A DNA stretch of 25,971 nt from a virus (IMGVR_UViG_3300036761_000756:1-25971), one strand, 5' to 3'. Shown: positions 1 through 8,788, numbered from the stretch's first letter. Translations and numbers: made by a program. The notes: generated by a model from the letters alone, not told the origin.

Positions 1-22
1 GTACAAAAAATAAGAGGTCTAT

Positions 23-187
23 ATGGGAAAAGGAAAAAGTAGCAGCGGAGTTAAAAGAGACCCAGCGATTAGTTACAATCATAAGATAGATAAATTAAAG
101 AAGTATTGGAATCGTTGTCCTAAATTGCAAGAAAAAATTGCATTAGAGAAGTGGCTAAGTCAAGTAAAAAAGCCAAAGGTTGGATAA
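23..187 (+). CDS. small basic hypothetical protein (54 aa, MGKGKSSSGVKRD...)
   Basis: Hand-translated ORF below the track cutoff; AAGAGG SD upstream; ends in TAATG. Confidence 0.6.
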   Translation: MGKGKSSSGVKRDPAISYNHKIDKLKKYWNRCPKLQEKIALEKWLSQVKKPKVG

Positions 188-263
188 TGACATCATATTC
201 AGTAGCAAGAGATTTATTGATATTAATATGTATTTATTTGATAGTTATACCAAGGAGCGATAA

Positions 264-545
264 ATGAATGTCTTAAAGAAATTATTTCTCAAGCACAGTA
301 TGATAGAGCATCCGACTCCAATTATTAATCCGGAATTAGTGGAAAATTCATACGGCGAAGATGCAGACGGTAACAGAGGTATTCGGACGACAGAAATAGA
401 AGATTTTGAAATTCTATCAGTTTATGATATGGAAGATAGCAGACTTATAGATTCGGGTATTTATTGGAGTTATGAAACCATTATTCGTGAAAAATTAAAT
501 TCAGTAGACTTATCGTATGATTCAGATAGTTATGGAGCGTATTAA
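264..545 (+). CDS. acidic hypothetical phage protein
   Basis: ORF track; AAGGAG SD upstream; contains YGEDADGNRG. Confidence 0.75.
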   Translation: MNVLKKLFLKHSMIEHPTPIINPELVENSYGEDADGNRGIRTTEIEDFEILSVYDMEDSRLIDSGIYWSYETIIREKLNSVDLSYDSDSYGAY

Positions 546-547
546 AC

Positions 548-652
548 ATGAACTTTTTAAACTGGTTTAAAAATTACTGCATTTGGCAGATTATTAGAGG
601 GGTATTAAGTATTTTAATTATAGGAATTTTCTTATATTTTATTTTTAGATAA
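548..652 (+). CDS. small membrane peptide (34 aa)
   Basis: Hand-translated MNFLNWFKNYCIWQIIRGVLSILIIGIFLYFIFR; hydrophobic C-terminal half; GGAG upstream. Confidence 0.5.
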   Translation: MNFLNWFKNYCIWQIIRGVLSILIIGIFLYFIFR

Positions 653-664
653 CCAGGAGACTAC

Positions 665-805
665 ATGAAAACTCTATATTTATTAGCAATAATAGGAATT
701 ATAGTTGTAACATTAATCATGGTCTCATCAGGATTTAAAATAACTACACTGGATAAAATCCCGATGAAAGATTTTAACAAAGCAATAATTATTATGATTA
801 AATAG
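665..805 (+). CDS. small membrane/secreted peptide (46 aa)
   Basis: AGGAG SD; MKTLYLLAIIGIIVVTLIMV... hydrophobic N-terminus. Confidence 0.6.
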   Translation: MKTLYLLAIIGIIVVTLIMVSSGFKITTLDKIPMKDFNKAIIIMIK

Positions 806-813
806 GAGATAAA

Positions 814-912
814 ATGACCCTATTGGTAAGAATAATTATAGCGGCAATTTTCGGAGTAGTAGGAGGATTAATAGGAAGTTATTTGCAAGGGTTTATAGGT
901 AGAAGGAGATAA
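814..912 (+). CDS. small membrane peptide (32 aa)
   Basis: AGGAG SD; MTLLVRIIIAAIFGVVGGLIGSYLQGFIGRRR, a Gly-rich TM helix with basic tail. Confidence 0.6.
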   Translation: MTLLVRIIIAAIFGVVGGLIGSYLQGFIGRRR

Positions 913-913
913 G

Positions 914-1141
914 ATGAAAACATTTTTTAAACGATTATTCCAAAAGCATGTTAAATTTGAGACTCCTGCTGCCCGTATTTTAGTTGAACCAGAAGAAAAC
1001 TACTATCGCACGACTACAAAATGTACAAACTGTGCCACAGAAATTAATTTAGTTATTAAAAAAGGTATTTATGCAAAGTATGCTATTCCAACAGTTAGAT
1101 GTCCTAACTGTGGCTGCAAGAGTGACCGAGGAGAGAAATAA
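914..1141 (+). CDS. zinc-ribbon hypothetical protein
   Basis: AAGGAG SD; CTNC...CPNC pairs. Confidence 0.8.
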   Translation: MKTFFKRLFQKHVKFETPAARILVEPEENYYRTTTKCTNCATEINLVIKKGIYAKYAIPTVRCPNCGCKSDRGEK

Positions 1142-1650
1142 TGGACATTAATGCTATAGGATTAGGAATTATTAAAGGAATTTTGGGCATGAAATTTGGT
1201 TGGCTTATTTTGATTGCAGTAGGAACACTTGTAGGATTTTCACTTATTAAAAATATTCTATCAGGTTCATTTAATGTAGCTAAATTTGCTGGAGGATTCA
1301 ATATATTTACAGGGTCTGTTCAAGGTAAATTAATCTATTATGGATTAATTATCTTTGGATGTTTCGTTGCTTATAGTTTTATTATGCGACCAACAACCAG
1401 CTTTGATACTGACTATAAGAACACTATCCATCATAATCAAGATGTGATGATTGACCAACGAGTAGGTAATTCTGAAGGATGCGATGTTAATTTATTCTTT
1501 GGATTGATTAAATTAGGATGTAAGCAACAGCCTATAACTAAGACTGTAATTGTTACAGATGATTCATCTAAAGTAGTAGAAACGCCAAATTCCATAACAA
1601 AGACACAGCCTTCTGGAAATAAAGGTGTAGTTACAAAAGGAAAGAAATAA
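1141..1650 (+). CDS. membrane protein of unknown function
   Basis: Two to three hydrophobic segments in the N-terminal half; TAATG coupling; GAGGAG upstream. Confidence 0.8.
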   Translation: MDINAIGLGIIKGILGMKFGWLILIAVGTLVGFSLIKNILSGSFNVAKFAGGFNIFTGSVQGKLIYYGLIIFGCFVAYSFIMRPTTSFDTDYKNTIHHNQDVMIDQRVGNSEGCDVNLFFGLIKLGCKQQPITKTVIVTDDSSKVVETPNSITKTQPSGNKGVVTKGKK

Positions 1651-1787
1651 TGGACAAGACTATTGTTGCTATAGTAATTTTAGTTGCAGTTATGATAGGG
1701 TTGTCATATTTAGCTTGCTATTTTATGATACAAGCGATTGCTCAAGCTCTAGCAGATACAGCACGTATTTTAACTTTAGGATATTAA
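1650..1787 (+). CDS. small membrane peptide (45 aa)
   Basis: TAATG-coupled; MDKTIVAIVILVAVMIGLSYLACYF...; fills the gap between track ORFs. Confidence 0.55.
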   Translation: MDKTIVAIVILVAVMIGLSYLACYFMIQAIAQALADTARILTLGY

Positions 1788-1788
1788 A

Positions 1789-2013
1789 ATGAATCAATTG
1801 CCAACTCCAAATCATCCTTACGGGTATCCGAGTTCTCAACTTGCAGAGATACTTAAAGAATTGAAGATTTCTAAACAGAAATTTGAAAAAGCATTTGGAG
1901 TGAATACGTGTTCTATGAGCGAAACAGGGGAAACGATTTATTATCCTTGTGATGTAGAAAGAGCACTATATAAGTTAGGGCATAAGTTGGGCATTAATAA
2001 TATGTGGGATTAA
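1789..2013 (+). CDS. hypothetical protein
   Basis: ORF track; AGGA upstream. Confidence 0.75.
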   Translation: MNQLPTPNHPYGYPSSQLAEILKELKISKQKFEKAFGVNTCSMSETGETIYYPCDVERALYKLGHKLGINNMWD

Positions 2014-2023
2014 AGGAGACAAT

Positions 2024-2398
2024 ATGATTCTTATTAATTTGCATTTAGGATTGTTTAAGTTTATTAAAAGAGAATTTCCTAAGTTGAAAACATTTACTCA
2101 ACGTAAGAATTTTATTATTAGTATTAGTAAAGCATACGTAACAGAGTTACTGCGAGTCTATAAGCAGGCATTTTTAAATTTAGACCCACTATATAGGCAG
2201 CAAAAGAAGCACTATACAGAGCAAATGAAACTTAAAGCTAATTTTCAAACAGCATTAAAAATGTTGAAATACATTGATGCACAAATGGCAAAAATGGGAA
2301 AGAATCGTCAGACTCGTAGAGCATTTTGGAGAGATTTTTTTAAGGATGGAGATATTAGAACAGATGTATTTGAGCAGTTGGAGAAGGAGATAAAATAA
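2024..2398 (+). CDS. basic helical hypothetical protein
   Basis: AAGGAG SD; coupled to the next gene. Confidence 0.75.
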   Translation: MILINLHLGLFKFIKREFPKLKTFTQRKNFIISISKAYVTELLRVYKQAFLNLDPLYRQQKKHYTEQMKLKANFQTALKMLKYIDAQMAKMGKNRQTRRAFWRDFFKDGDIRTDVFEQLEKEIK

Positions 2399-2751
2399 TG
2401 CCCTATATTAAAGCTGATGATGGTCGCAGACAAGCATTAAGAGAAGGAGATACTGCTTTAGTAGCAGGAGAGCTTAACTATCAAATTTTTTATTACGTGA
2501 AGCATAATGATGTAAAACCAGAAACATTTCATATTGATATTATTAAAGGATTTGTCGACCATTTTTTAGGTGTAAAGCCCAATTATCAAGCATACAATGA
2601 CATGACTGGTGCATTGATTCGTTGCTATTCAGAAGTACAGCGAAGATTGAATATTGATGCTGATTACTTGCTTGATTTATGTGCAAGTTATAACGATATT
2701 ATTAATGCTTATGAGGATGTCAAGATAGGTGAGAACGGAGATGTGGAATAA
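2398..2751 (+). CDS. conserved phage helical protein (MPYIK...GELNY... type, DUF6899-like)
   Basis: Motifs MPYIK, GELNY, Y..YN..GAL, YED.KI.ENGDV recalled from a widespread phage family; AAGGAG SD. Confidence 0.7.
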   Translation: MPYIKADDGRRQALREGDTALVAGELNYQIFYYVKHNDVKPETFHIDIIKGFVDHFLGVKPNYQAYNDMTGALIRCYSEVQRRLNIDADYLLDLCASYNDIINAYEDVKIGENGDVE

Positions 2752-2843
2752 TGGACGCCTTTCATGCTATATGTATTTTTAATCTCATTGTCATTATAGG
2801 ATTGATTGTTGGAGTCATTTTACTAACTATCTATCATCCATGA
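2751..2843 (+). CDS. small membrane peptide (30 aa)
   Basis: TAATG start and ATGA overlap with the next gene; hydrophobic. Confidence 0.5.
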   Translation: MDAFHAICIFNLIVIIGLIVGVILLTIYHP

Positions 2844-3085
2844 TTAAATTCATACTTGTTTTTGTGCTAGGAACTATCGAAACATTTCTCTATACTGCGT
2901 GGTGTCTTAGCGCCAATAGAAAACAAGTATATCGTTCGTCAATTCTTATGTTCATCTATATGGTACTTTATTTGGGACTTATTGCATTTGCAATTAAAGA
3001 TACTAATACAATTGGCTTAATTATTACTTATGCGTTAAGTTGTGGATTGGGCAATTACTTGGAGCTTTTATGGGAAAAAAGATAA
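2840..3085 (+). CDS. three-helix membrane protein
   Basis: Three hydrophobic segments; ends YALSCGLGNYL. Confidence 0.75.
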   Translation: MIKFILVFVLGTIETFLYTAWCLSANRKQVYRSSILMFIYMVLYLGLIAFAIKDTNTIGLIITYALSCGLGNYLELLWEKR

Positions 3086-3759
3086 AGAAAGAAGATAAGA
3101 TTAAATTGATTGATATTAAGACTCTTCGCTTTGCGCCAGAAGTCGAAGTCGAACTTCCTGCTAAAGCGGATGCTCAAAAGCTAATTGCACGTGGACGAAC
3201 ACTCAAAGGATGGGAAATTAAGTGCGATGGTTCTTTAAAGAATGGTATCGAATTATCTCCAGAAAATAAGAATCATCTTTATTATAATGAAGAATCACTT
3301 ACACAGATTAAAGAAGTCTTGGCATTGGTAAAGGTGCATAAGGGATATATTGATAAGAAAACATGCGGTCTTCATATTCACGTTAATGTTAGTAAATTGA
3401 CAGATAAGCAAATTCTTACCATTATTAAAGAGTGGGTACATAGACAACGCTATATAGTAAAGCGATTTAAGATTCATCCAGAACGATTAGAGCATACGTG
3501 TCAGTTGCTTCCAAAAGTCGAAGTACATAAATTGACCGAGAAACAGATTCATCAGTTTAGAAATAATAGCTCTTATTCATTTAATTGCTATAGTTATATT
3601 GAAAATAAGTATTATTCTTTAAATGTTAATCACTTGCCTAAGAATAATTATCAAACTATTGAGTTTAGATTGTTTAGTGGTACTTTGAGTTTTAAAGAGA
3701 TTAAGTCAGCCGTTTATTTTGTATTAACTTTTATGCGCGACTCGTTGGAGAGAGAATAA
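3070..3759 (+). CDS. putative amidoligase (COOH-NH2 ligase / glutamate-cysteine-ligase-like fold)
   Basis: Motifs EVEVE, W...DGSL, GIELSP, TCGLHIHV, KYYSLN, TIEFRLFSGT; start moved to ATG 3070 behind GGAG. Confidence 0.85.
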   Translation: MGKKIKKEDKIKLIDIKTLRFAPEVEVELPAKADAQKLIARGRTLKGWEIKCDGSLKNGIELSPENKNHLYYNEESLTQIKEVLALVKVHKGYIDKKTCGLHIHVNVSKLTDKQILTIIKEWVHRQRYIVKRFKIHPERLEHTCQLLPKVEVHKLTEKQIHQFRNNSSYSFNCYSYIENKYYSLNVNHLPKNNYQTIEFRLFSGTLSFKEIKSAVYFVLTFMRDSLERE

Positions 3760-4514
3760 TGAAAACAGTACGAAATTATAATAAACTTGTTACCGAACTC
3801 ATTAATCTTAATCTGCCTTATCGATTAGAGATTATGGGTTACGTTACATATGATGAAAAGATTTATCCTATGTTAGCTTTGAAGTATACTTCTAAGATGG
3901 CAAAGAAGACAGTGATTATTACTGCTGGTCAGCATGGAGATGAGCCTTTTGGAGTTACCACATTGATTAAATGGTTAAAGCAACCGATTATGTTTCCAGA
4001 ATTTAATTATTACATCTTTCCGATTGTAAATCCATTTGGATATGAAAAGAATTATCGCGACAATGGGAATAGACAAGATACTAATAACGATGCAAATTTT
4101 GTAAAAGATTCTAAAGTACCTGAATTATCTATTTTATATGACCAATTTCCACAGACAGCAGATTTGATATTAGACATTCACGGAGATACAGGAAAAGAGC
4201 AAATCTATGCTTATGAACATAAATCAGAATCGTTGCCATCGATAGCCACTTTAGCATTAGCAGAAATTGATGCAATCATTCCTTATTTAAGAGCTAAAAC
4301 GATTTATAAAATTAAAGTACGACAGGGAGTGATTATTCCTCCGAAATGGGATGTAGGAATCGAAGGCTTTATGGAAAAATTGGGGGTATCATATACGATT
4401 ACAATAGAATTGCCAGGGAAGTTTGACGGACAGAAAAGAGCAGAAGGCGGAGTAACCGCAATTAATTCTATTTTAAAGAATTTTAAAGAAGCCGTTTGTA
4501 AGGAGAAAGAATGA
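3759..4514 (+). CDS. M14-family zinc carboxypeptidase / succinylglutamate desuccinylase-like
   Basis: AGQHGDE (HxxE Zn ligands), PIVNPFG, R...D.N, LDIHGD, C-terminal TIE. Confidence 0.85.
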   Translation: MKTVRNYNKLVTELINLNLPYRLEIMGYVTYDEKIYPMLALKYTSKMAKKTVIITAGQHGDEPFGVTTLIKWLKQPIMFPEFNYYIFPIVNPFGYEKNYRDNGNRQDTNNDANFVKDSKVPELSILYDQFPQTADLILDIHGDTGKEQIYAYEHKSESLPSIATLALAEIDAIIPYLRAKTIYKIKVRQGVIIPPKWDVGIEGFMEKLGVSYTITIELPGKFDGQKRAEGGVTAINSILKNFKEAVCKEKE

Positions 4515-4699
4515 GAGAAGTAATGAAATGTGAAAGTTGTGAACATCCAATACATATCAATTTTAAATGTGATATGTGCGGAAATGCTCCCTGTTTTTTG
4601 CATCTATCTGTTTTTGATACCGATTATGATTTTTGTAACTGGAAATGTCTGCTTAAATTTATAGTTGCAGAGCTAAGAAAGGAATCAGGAAATGATTAA
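4511..4699 (+). CDS. small Cys-rich zinc-finger protein
   Basis: CESC, CDMC, FC...C; start may be 4523. Confidence 0.7.
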   Translation: MREVMKCESCEHPIHINFKCDMCGNAPCFLHLSVFDTDYDFCNWKCLLKFIVAELRKESGND

Positions 4700-5528
4700 A
4701 CAGATTGTTAAGATTATTATTGCAGTTGTGCTGACGTGTACTGTTGGTACTATCGCAAATCAGTATTTGAATATTCGATTGTTCAGCTTAGAAGGCAAAG
4801 TATATCAAACTCTGATTCAAAGAGATATAAATCATAGAATAGATATTGATGAATTAAAGCAAAATCAATCTCTAATTTTTGATGCTATTAATTTCATGGT
4901 CGAACAACCGACCATTAATTTACGTCATATATTAAGAGGAAGTGTAATTGTTTTTGGATTACGAGGTCTAGGGTCTGGTACTGTGATTAATGTGAATCAA
5001 GGAGAGACTTATATATTAACTTGTGCTCATGTTATTGCAGATGTAGTAGAAGCTAATTTAACAGAAAAATCAAAAGTAGCGTATATTCCTTTTGTTGGAT
5101 ATATTCAAGATGATGAGAAAGGATATCAAATTGTTGATGTTCGTTATGGAGCGGATATTGTGAAATACGATGCAGTAAATGATATGGCATTATTAAAGAT
5201 TTATTTTATCGATTCTAATTTTGATGTTATTGGTATTGCAAACGAGGCACCCAAGCAAGGAGATACGGTCTATTCTGTAGGAAATCCTATGGGAGTTCTT
5301 CGTACTCTCTCAAAAGGAATTCTAAGCAATCATAAAGAAGGATTTTATTTTTCTGATAATACCACTACGTTTGGCAATTCAGGCGGTGGTCTATACAATG
5401 AAAATGGTGAATTGATTGGTATTCCGTCAAATGTTATGGGCTATAGTTTCTTTGGAATTCCAGAATCGAGTTTAGGATTGTCTATTGATTTGTATCGAAT
5501 TAAAGAATTCTTACGTGGAGAACTTTAA
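4692..5528 (+). CDS. membrane-anchored trypsin-like (S1) serine protease
   Basis: Triad motifs LTCAHV, DMALL, GNSGGG; N-terminal hydrophobic anchor. Confidence 0.92.
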   Translation: MIKQIVKIIIAVVLTCTVGTIANQYLNIRLFSLEGKVYQTLIQRDINHRIDIDELKQNQSLIFDAINFMVEQPTINLRHILRGSVIVFGLRGLGSGTVINVNQGETYILTCAHVIADVVEANLTEKSKVAYIPFVGYIQDDEKGYQIVDVRYGADIVKYDAVNDMALLKIYFIDSNFDVIGIANEAPKQGDTVYSVGNPMGVLRTLSKGILSNHKEGFYFSDNTTTFGNSGGGLYNENGELIGIPSNVMGYSFFGIPESSLGLSIDLYRIKEFLRGEL

Positions 5529-6163
5529 TGCTCGAAAGTAAAAGACTGAAATACACTACCTACACAGCCGGCGCAATAGAGGCAGTCTCCTCTACTGAAA
5601 TGAAAGGCTGGAGAGCAGAGATTCGTGAGAAGTTAGCGAGTCCTGACTTGGGAGTGTATGACCCTGTGGAGCAAGAATCGAATAAAGTAGGTAAAGAATC
5701 TGGTAAGCAAGTTGAGTATATTACGGGATTAAAGCAGGGTGGATATTGGGATAAGTTTAATGCAGAGATGGAGAAGATATGGTGGGGTAATATAGATACA
5801 AAGAAACTCGATAGAATACGATTATTGATTTATCTATATGAGAAAGCTCGATTAGAAGGCAATTACATTACAGACTTTAAGTTTTGGGGAGATTATGAAG
5901 CGGTAGTACGGTCAGATTTTATCATTACATATCTTCCTAAAGATATAAAGACAGTTGGAACATTGCTTGAAGTGCATATTTGTTATTTGTTCGGAATCCC
6001 TGTGTATTTGATTCTGCCAGACCAATCGAAGACCGATACTAATTCAACTTTGATTGATGTGGTAATGAAATCTGGTGGACAAATTTTTTATAGTATTAAT
6101 GAAGCGTGTACATTTATTAGAGAAAAATATAAACTTGCTATCGTAGACGAGGAGAAAAAGTAA
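5528..6163 (+). CDS. nucleoside 2-deoxyribosyltransferase / nucleotide N-glycosidase-like protein
   Basis: Y.AGAI...W R...YDP, D...V..SD, TVGT..E...Y....PV pattern typical of the NDT fold. Confidence 0.75.
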   Translation: MLESKRLKYTTYTAGAIEAVSSTEMKGWRAEIREKLASPDLGVYDPVEQESNKVGKESGKQVEYITGLKQGGYWDKFNAEMEKIWWGNIDTKKLDRIRLLIYLYEKARLEGNYITDFKFWGDYEAVVRSDFIITYLPKDIKTVGTLLEVHICYLFGIPVYLILPDQSKTDTNSTLIDVVMKSGGQIFYSINEACTFIREKYKLAIVDEEKK

Positions 6164-6426
6164 TGGAATTAAGATACAGATATAATATATTAGATAAAGT
6201 CCATGAATATCAAATAAACAATGATCATGATTATTTTAATCAATGGGTGTGGTATTATTTAGGTCAGAAAATAAAAGCTAAGACAAATGAATCGTTTTTA
6301 CCATATTTGTATTGTCCTACAAAAATTCTCGTACAAGAAAGTAATAGAATAAATTTACATGCAGCACAAGTTGCAGAAATCATAGTAAAAGCAATTAGGA
6401 AACATAGAAAATTAAGGAGAAAATAA
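6163..6426 (+). CDS. hypothetical protein
   Basis: TAATG-coupled at both ends; GAGGAG SD. Confidence 0.75.
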   Translation: MELRYRYNILDKVHEYQINNDHDYFNQWVWYYLGQKIKAKTNESFLPYLYCPTKILVQESNRINLHAAQVAEIIVKAIRKHRKLRRK

Positions 6427-6779
6427 TGCGTCAATTCGATACAGGAGCTACAAGAGATTCCGATACTACAAAGAATGATTACGAGGGCTTTCTTTCTCCT
6501 GCTGTTTTAGAACGCTACGGGAATTATATGACTAAGCATCGCTTGCAAGCAGATGGTAAATTGCGCGATTCCGATAATTGGCAAAAAGGGATTCCCAAAG
6601 ACGTATATCTTAAATCTCTTTGGAGGCATTTCTTAGATATATGGTTTCTTCATCGTGGATATAAAAGATTTGATAAGCAACGTAATGAAGAGATTACAAT
6701 AGACGAAGCTATATGTGCTATGCTATTTAATTTAATGGGGTATCTTTACGAAGTATTGAAAGAGAAGAGTAATGAATAG
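6426..6779 (+). CDS. dATP/dGTP diphosphohydrolase-like protein (DUF5664-like)
   Basis: R.F.TGATRD, NWQKGIP, SLWRH, A..FN motifs. Confidence 0.75.
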   Translation: MRQFDTGATRDSDTTKNDYEGFLSPAVLERYGNYMTKHRLQADGKLRDSDNWQKGIPKDVYLKSLWRHFLDIWFLHRGYKRFDKQRNEEITIDEAICAMLFNLMGYLYEVLKEKSNE

Positions 6780-6879
6780 ATTAAGATGTTTTTTTGAAAA
6801 TTTAGTCGGAGATGCTATCGCTTTAACAGTCCCATTTCTTTTATGGGTTGCTCAATTTATGTACAAAGAGGAGAAGTAA
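6772..6879 (+). CDS. small hypothetical peptide (35 aa)
   Basis: Hand-translated MNRLRCFFENLVGDAIALTVPFLLWVAQFMYKEEK; 8-nt overlap with the upstream stop. Confidence 0.45.
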   Translation: MNRLRCFFENLVGDAIALTVPFLLWVAQFMYKEEK

Positions 6880-6880
6880 A

Positions 6881-7060
6881 ATGCAAGATAAACTTTATAT
6901 TGCGTGTGTAATATTTTTTGTGATTGATTTGATGCTTGTAGGAACTACCTCAATCTGTGTTATGCTTTTAGTTAGAAAGATTATGCTAGGAAAAGTAGAA
7001 TTCAAAATTGGGCACTATACAAAGAGATTCGACAGAGATTACATCGAGAAGGGCGTATAA
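6881..7060 (+). CDS. small membrane protein
   Basis: GAGGAG SD before ATG 6881 (better than track start 6848); one long hydrophobic segment. Confidence 0.65.
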   Translation: MQDKLYIACVIFFVIDLMLVGTTSICVMLLVRKIMLGKVEFKIGHYTKRFDRDYIEKGV

Positions 7061-7062
7061 GT

Positions 7063-7092
7063 TTGCCCGCAGACAGTACATTGTGTTATACT
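7063..7092 (+). promoter_or_regulatory. sigma70-like promoter with extended -10
   Basis: TTGCCC (7063-7068), 18-nt spacer, TG-N-TATACT (7084-7092), in a rare intergenic gap just upstream of the replication genes. Confidence 0.65.
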
Positions 7093-7121
7093 TTAAGTAG
7101 AAGCTATAAAAAGGAGCATAA

Positions 7122-7577
7122 ATGAAATACGCACGTAATGCAGAGTATTTTTCTTCTCCCGAAGGGTTGAATTCTCTAGTAGAAGATTACAAAGATATTT
7201 TTGACCAAATCGATGATTATGGGCAGCAACTACTTCAAGGAATAGTGTCCACATCGGATTCATACAAGGAAATTTTGAACTTTATGACGGGTGCTTACAC
7301 AAGTTTAGAGCCAGTGTATTCTTTAGCAGAGGCGTATAAGTTGAATGAAGAATTAAAGAATTATGTAGCTTTGAAAAGAGAAGCGGAAGCAAAAGGAGAA
7401 AAGGTTGTAGCTGCTAATCTCGATAAAGAGAGTAGTCTTTCAGTTGCTAACGAGCGAAGAATACGCAACGTGCTTGAGGGATATGTGCTTGCGACAGAGA
7501 AGTGTATAGTAACATGTCAGACACAACTTAGACGATTGCAGGAAGATAGTAAGTTTAAACCAGTAGAGGAAGCATAA
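7122..7577 (+). CDS. helical coiled-coil protein (possibly a recombination mediator)
   Basis: AAGGAG SD; helical composition; first gene after the promoter; function inferred from context only. Confidence 0.7.
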   Translation: MKYARNAEYFSSPEGLNSLVEDYKDIFDQIDDYGQQLLQGIVSTSDSYKEILNFMTGAYTSLEPVYSLAEAYKLNEELKNYVALKREAEAKGEKVVAANLDKESSLSVANERRIRNVLEGYVLATEKCIVTCQTQLRRLQEDSKFKPVEEA

Positions 7578-7714
7578 TGACTTTGCATAACATTTTAAAA
7601 GAGGTTATTACGAGAGCAACTATCGGTTATCCTCCTACAGACCATAGAGATGAGAAAAGAACAATTAAAGAAGCTATTGCAAAAATAAAGGTTTTAAAAC
7701 AATGGAAAGATTAA
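7577..7714 (+). CDS. small hypothetical protein (45 aa)
   Basis: TAATG-coupled; GAGG SD; fills the gap. Confidence 0.5.
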   Translation: MTLHNILKEVITRATIGYPPTDHRDEKRTIKEAIAKIKVLKQWKD

Positions 7715-8439
7715 TACTTATAGATGGTGGGGCAATTCAGTTTAGAGCAATATTTGCTTATAGAAATAATCCTAATATCCCAGTAACGTATACTTATTTG
7801 AGAATGTTAGTTGGTTATTTTAAAAAGCTAAATTTGACTTTAAATGATATGATAATTCTTGCTCTAGATTATGGAAGTTGGCGCAAGCAAGTTGATAGAA
7901 CATATAAAGCACAACGTAAAGATTTTCGTGAGAGTAAAGAAGATAAGTCATGGTGGGATGAAAGATATAAAGAGTTTAATGATTTGTATGAGAAAATGAA
8001 GATTAGTTTTCCCATTAATTTTATTAAACTCTATAATTGTGAAGCAGACGATATTATATCTGTTTCATGTAGACAGTTTCCCAAGAAAGAAATTATTATC
8101 ATTTCGCATGATAGAGATTTAGAACAGCTTTGTCAGTTTGAGAATGTAAAGATATGGTCTCCTATAACTAAGAAGTTTAAAGAAGTAAAGAATCCTATGA
8201 AAGTATTACTTGAGAAGATTCAAGGAGATGTATCTGATAATCTCTTAGAGAAGCCGTCGTCAGAAGCAGAATTTGATAAGCGTCGCAAGATAGTAGACTT
8301 AATTAATCCTTTGCCTGATAATATCGAATTGTTGATTAAAGAAGCCTTGAGTAAAGTCGCTCCACGAAATTTATATTTGCACAAAGTGCCCTATCGTACA
8401 GTAAGAGATGAATTAGAAAAACTTTATAAAAAGAAATGA
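7702..8439 (+). CDS. 5'-3' exonuclease / flap endonuclease (T4 RNase H / T5 D15-like)
   Basis: LIDG, D...WRK....YKAQR, EADDII, SHDRDL.QL, GDVSDN. Confidence 0.93.
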   Translation: MERLILIDGGAIQFRAIFAYRNNPNIPVTYTYLRMLVGYFKKLNLTLNDMIILALDYGSWRKQVDRTYKAQRKDFRESKEDKSWWDERYKEFNDLYEKMKISFPINFIKLYNCEADDIISVSCRQFPKKEIIIISHDRDLEQLCQFENVKIWSPITKKFKEVKNPMKVLLEKIQGDVSDNLLEKPSSEAEFDKRRKIVDLINPLPDNIELLIKEALSKVAPRNLYLHKVPYRTVRDELEKLYKKK

Positions 8440-8618
8440 AAAAATATATCTTAATTCTCTTTGCTTTACTATTAATAAGTGGATGTAAGACATGTTGCAC
8501 GTGGCATTTTATTCGAATATGGGTTTCCCCGCGAGTTGAAAATAATGTTCAAGTAACGCCTGGAAAATATAATTATGTTAAAGTTTGCGACAAGTATTGC
8601 GATGAGGAGAAGAAATGA
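8436..8618 (+). CDS. small lipoprotein
   Basis: MKK plus hydrophobic stretch and lipobox ISGC. Confidence 0.7.
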   Translation: MKKYILILFALLLISGCKTCCTWHFIRIWVSPRVENNVQVTPGKYNYVKVCDKYCDEEKK

Positions 8619-8779
8619 AAGTAATTAAGAAAGATATTTCACAGAAGTGTTGGGTATGCCATGGGAAGAAATGTAAAGTATGTCATTATACTGGAGTTTG
8701 GAAAGAACGTATTTATCATATGATTGTCAAAGATAAGAATGGTAAAGAATACTGCTATGACATGGACACTATAAAGTAA
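8615..8779 (+). CDS. small zinc-finger protein (54 aa)
   Basis: CWVCHG..CKVCHYTG (DnaJ-like CxxCxxxG); ATGA overlap; GAGGAG SD. Confidence 0.7.
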   Translation: MKVIKKDISQKCWVCHGKKCKVCHYTGVWKERIYHMIVKDKNGKEYCYDMDTIK

Positions 8780-8788
8780 GGAGAGAAA

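Noticed and set aside
187-267. 26-aa hydrophobic ORF coupled to its neighbours
   Set aside because: Too short and with a weak SD; cannot be distinguished from chance
8436-8618. o-spanin / lysis cassette
   Set aside because: A lipobox is present, but there is no adjacent i-spanin, holin or endolysin, and the context is replication
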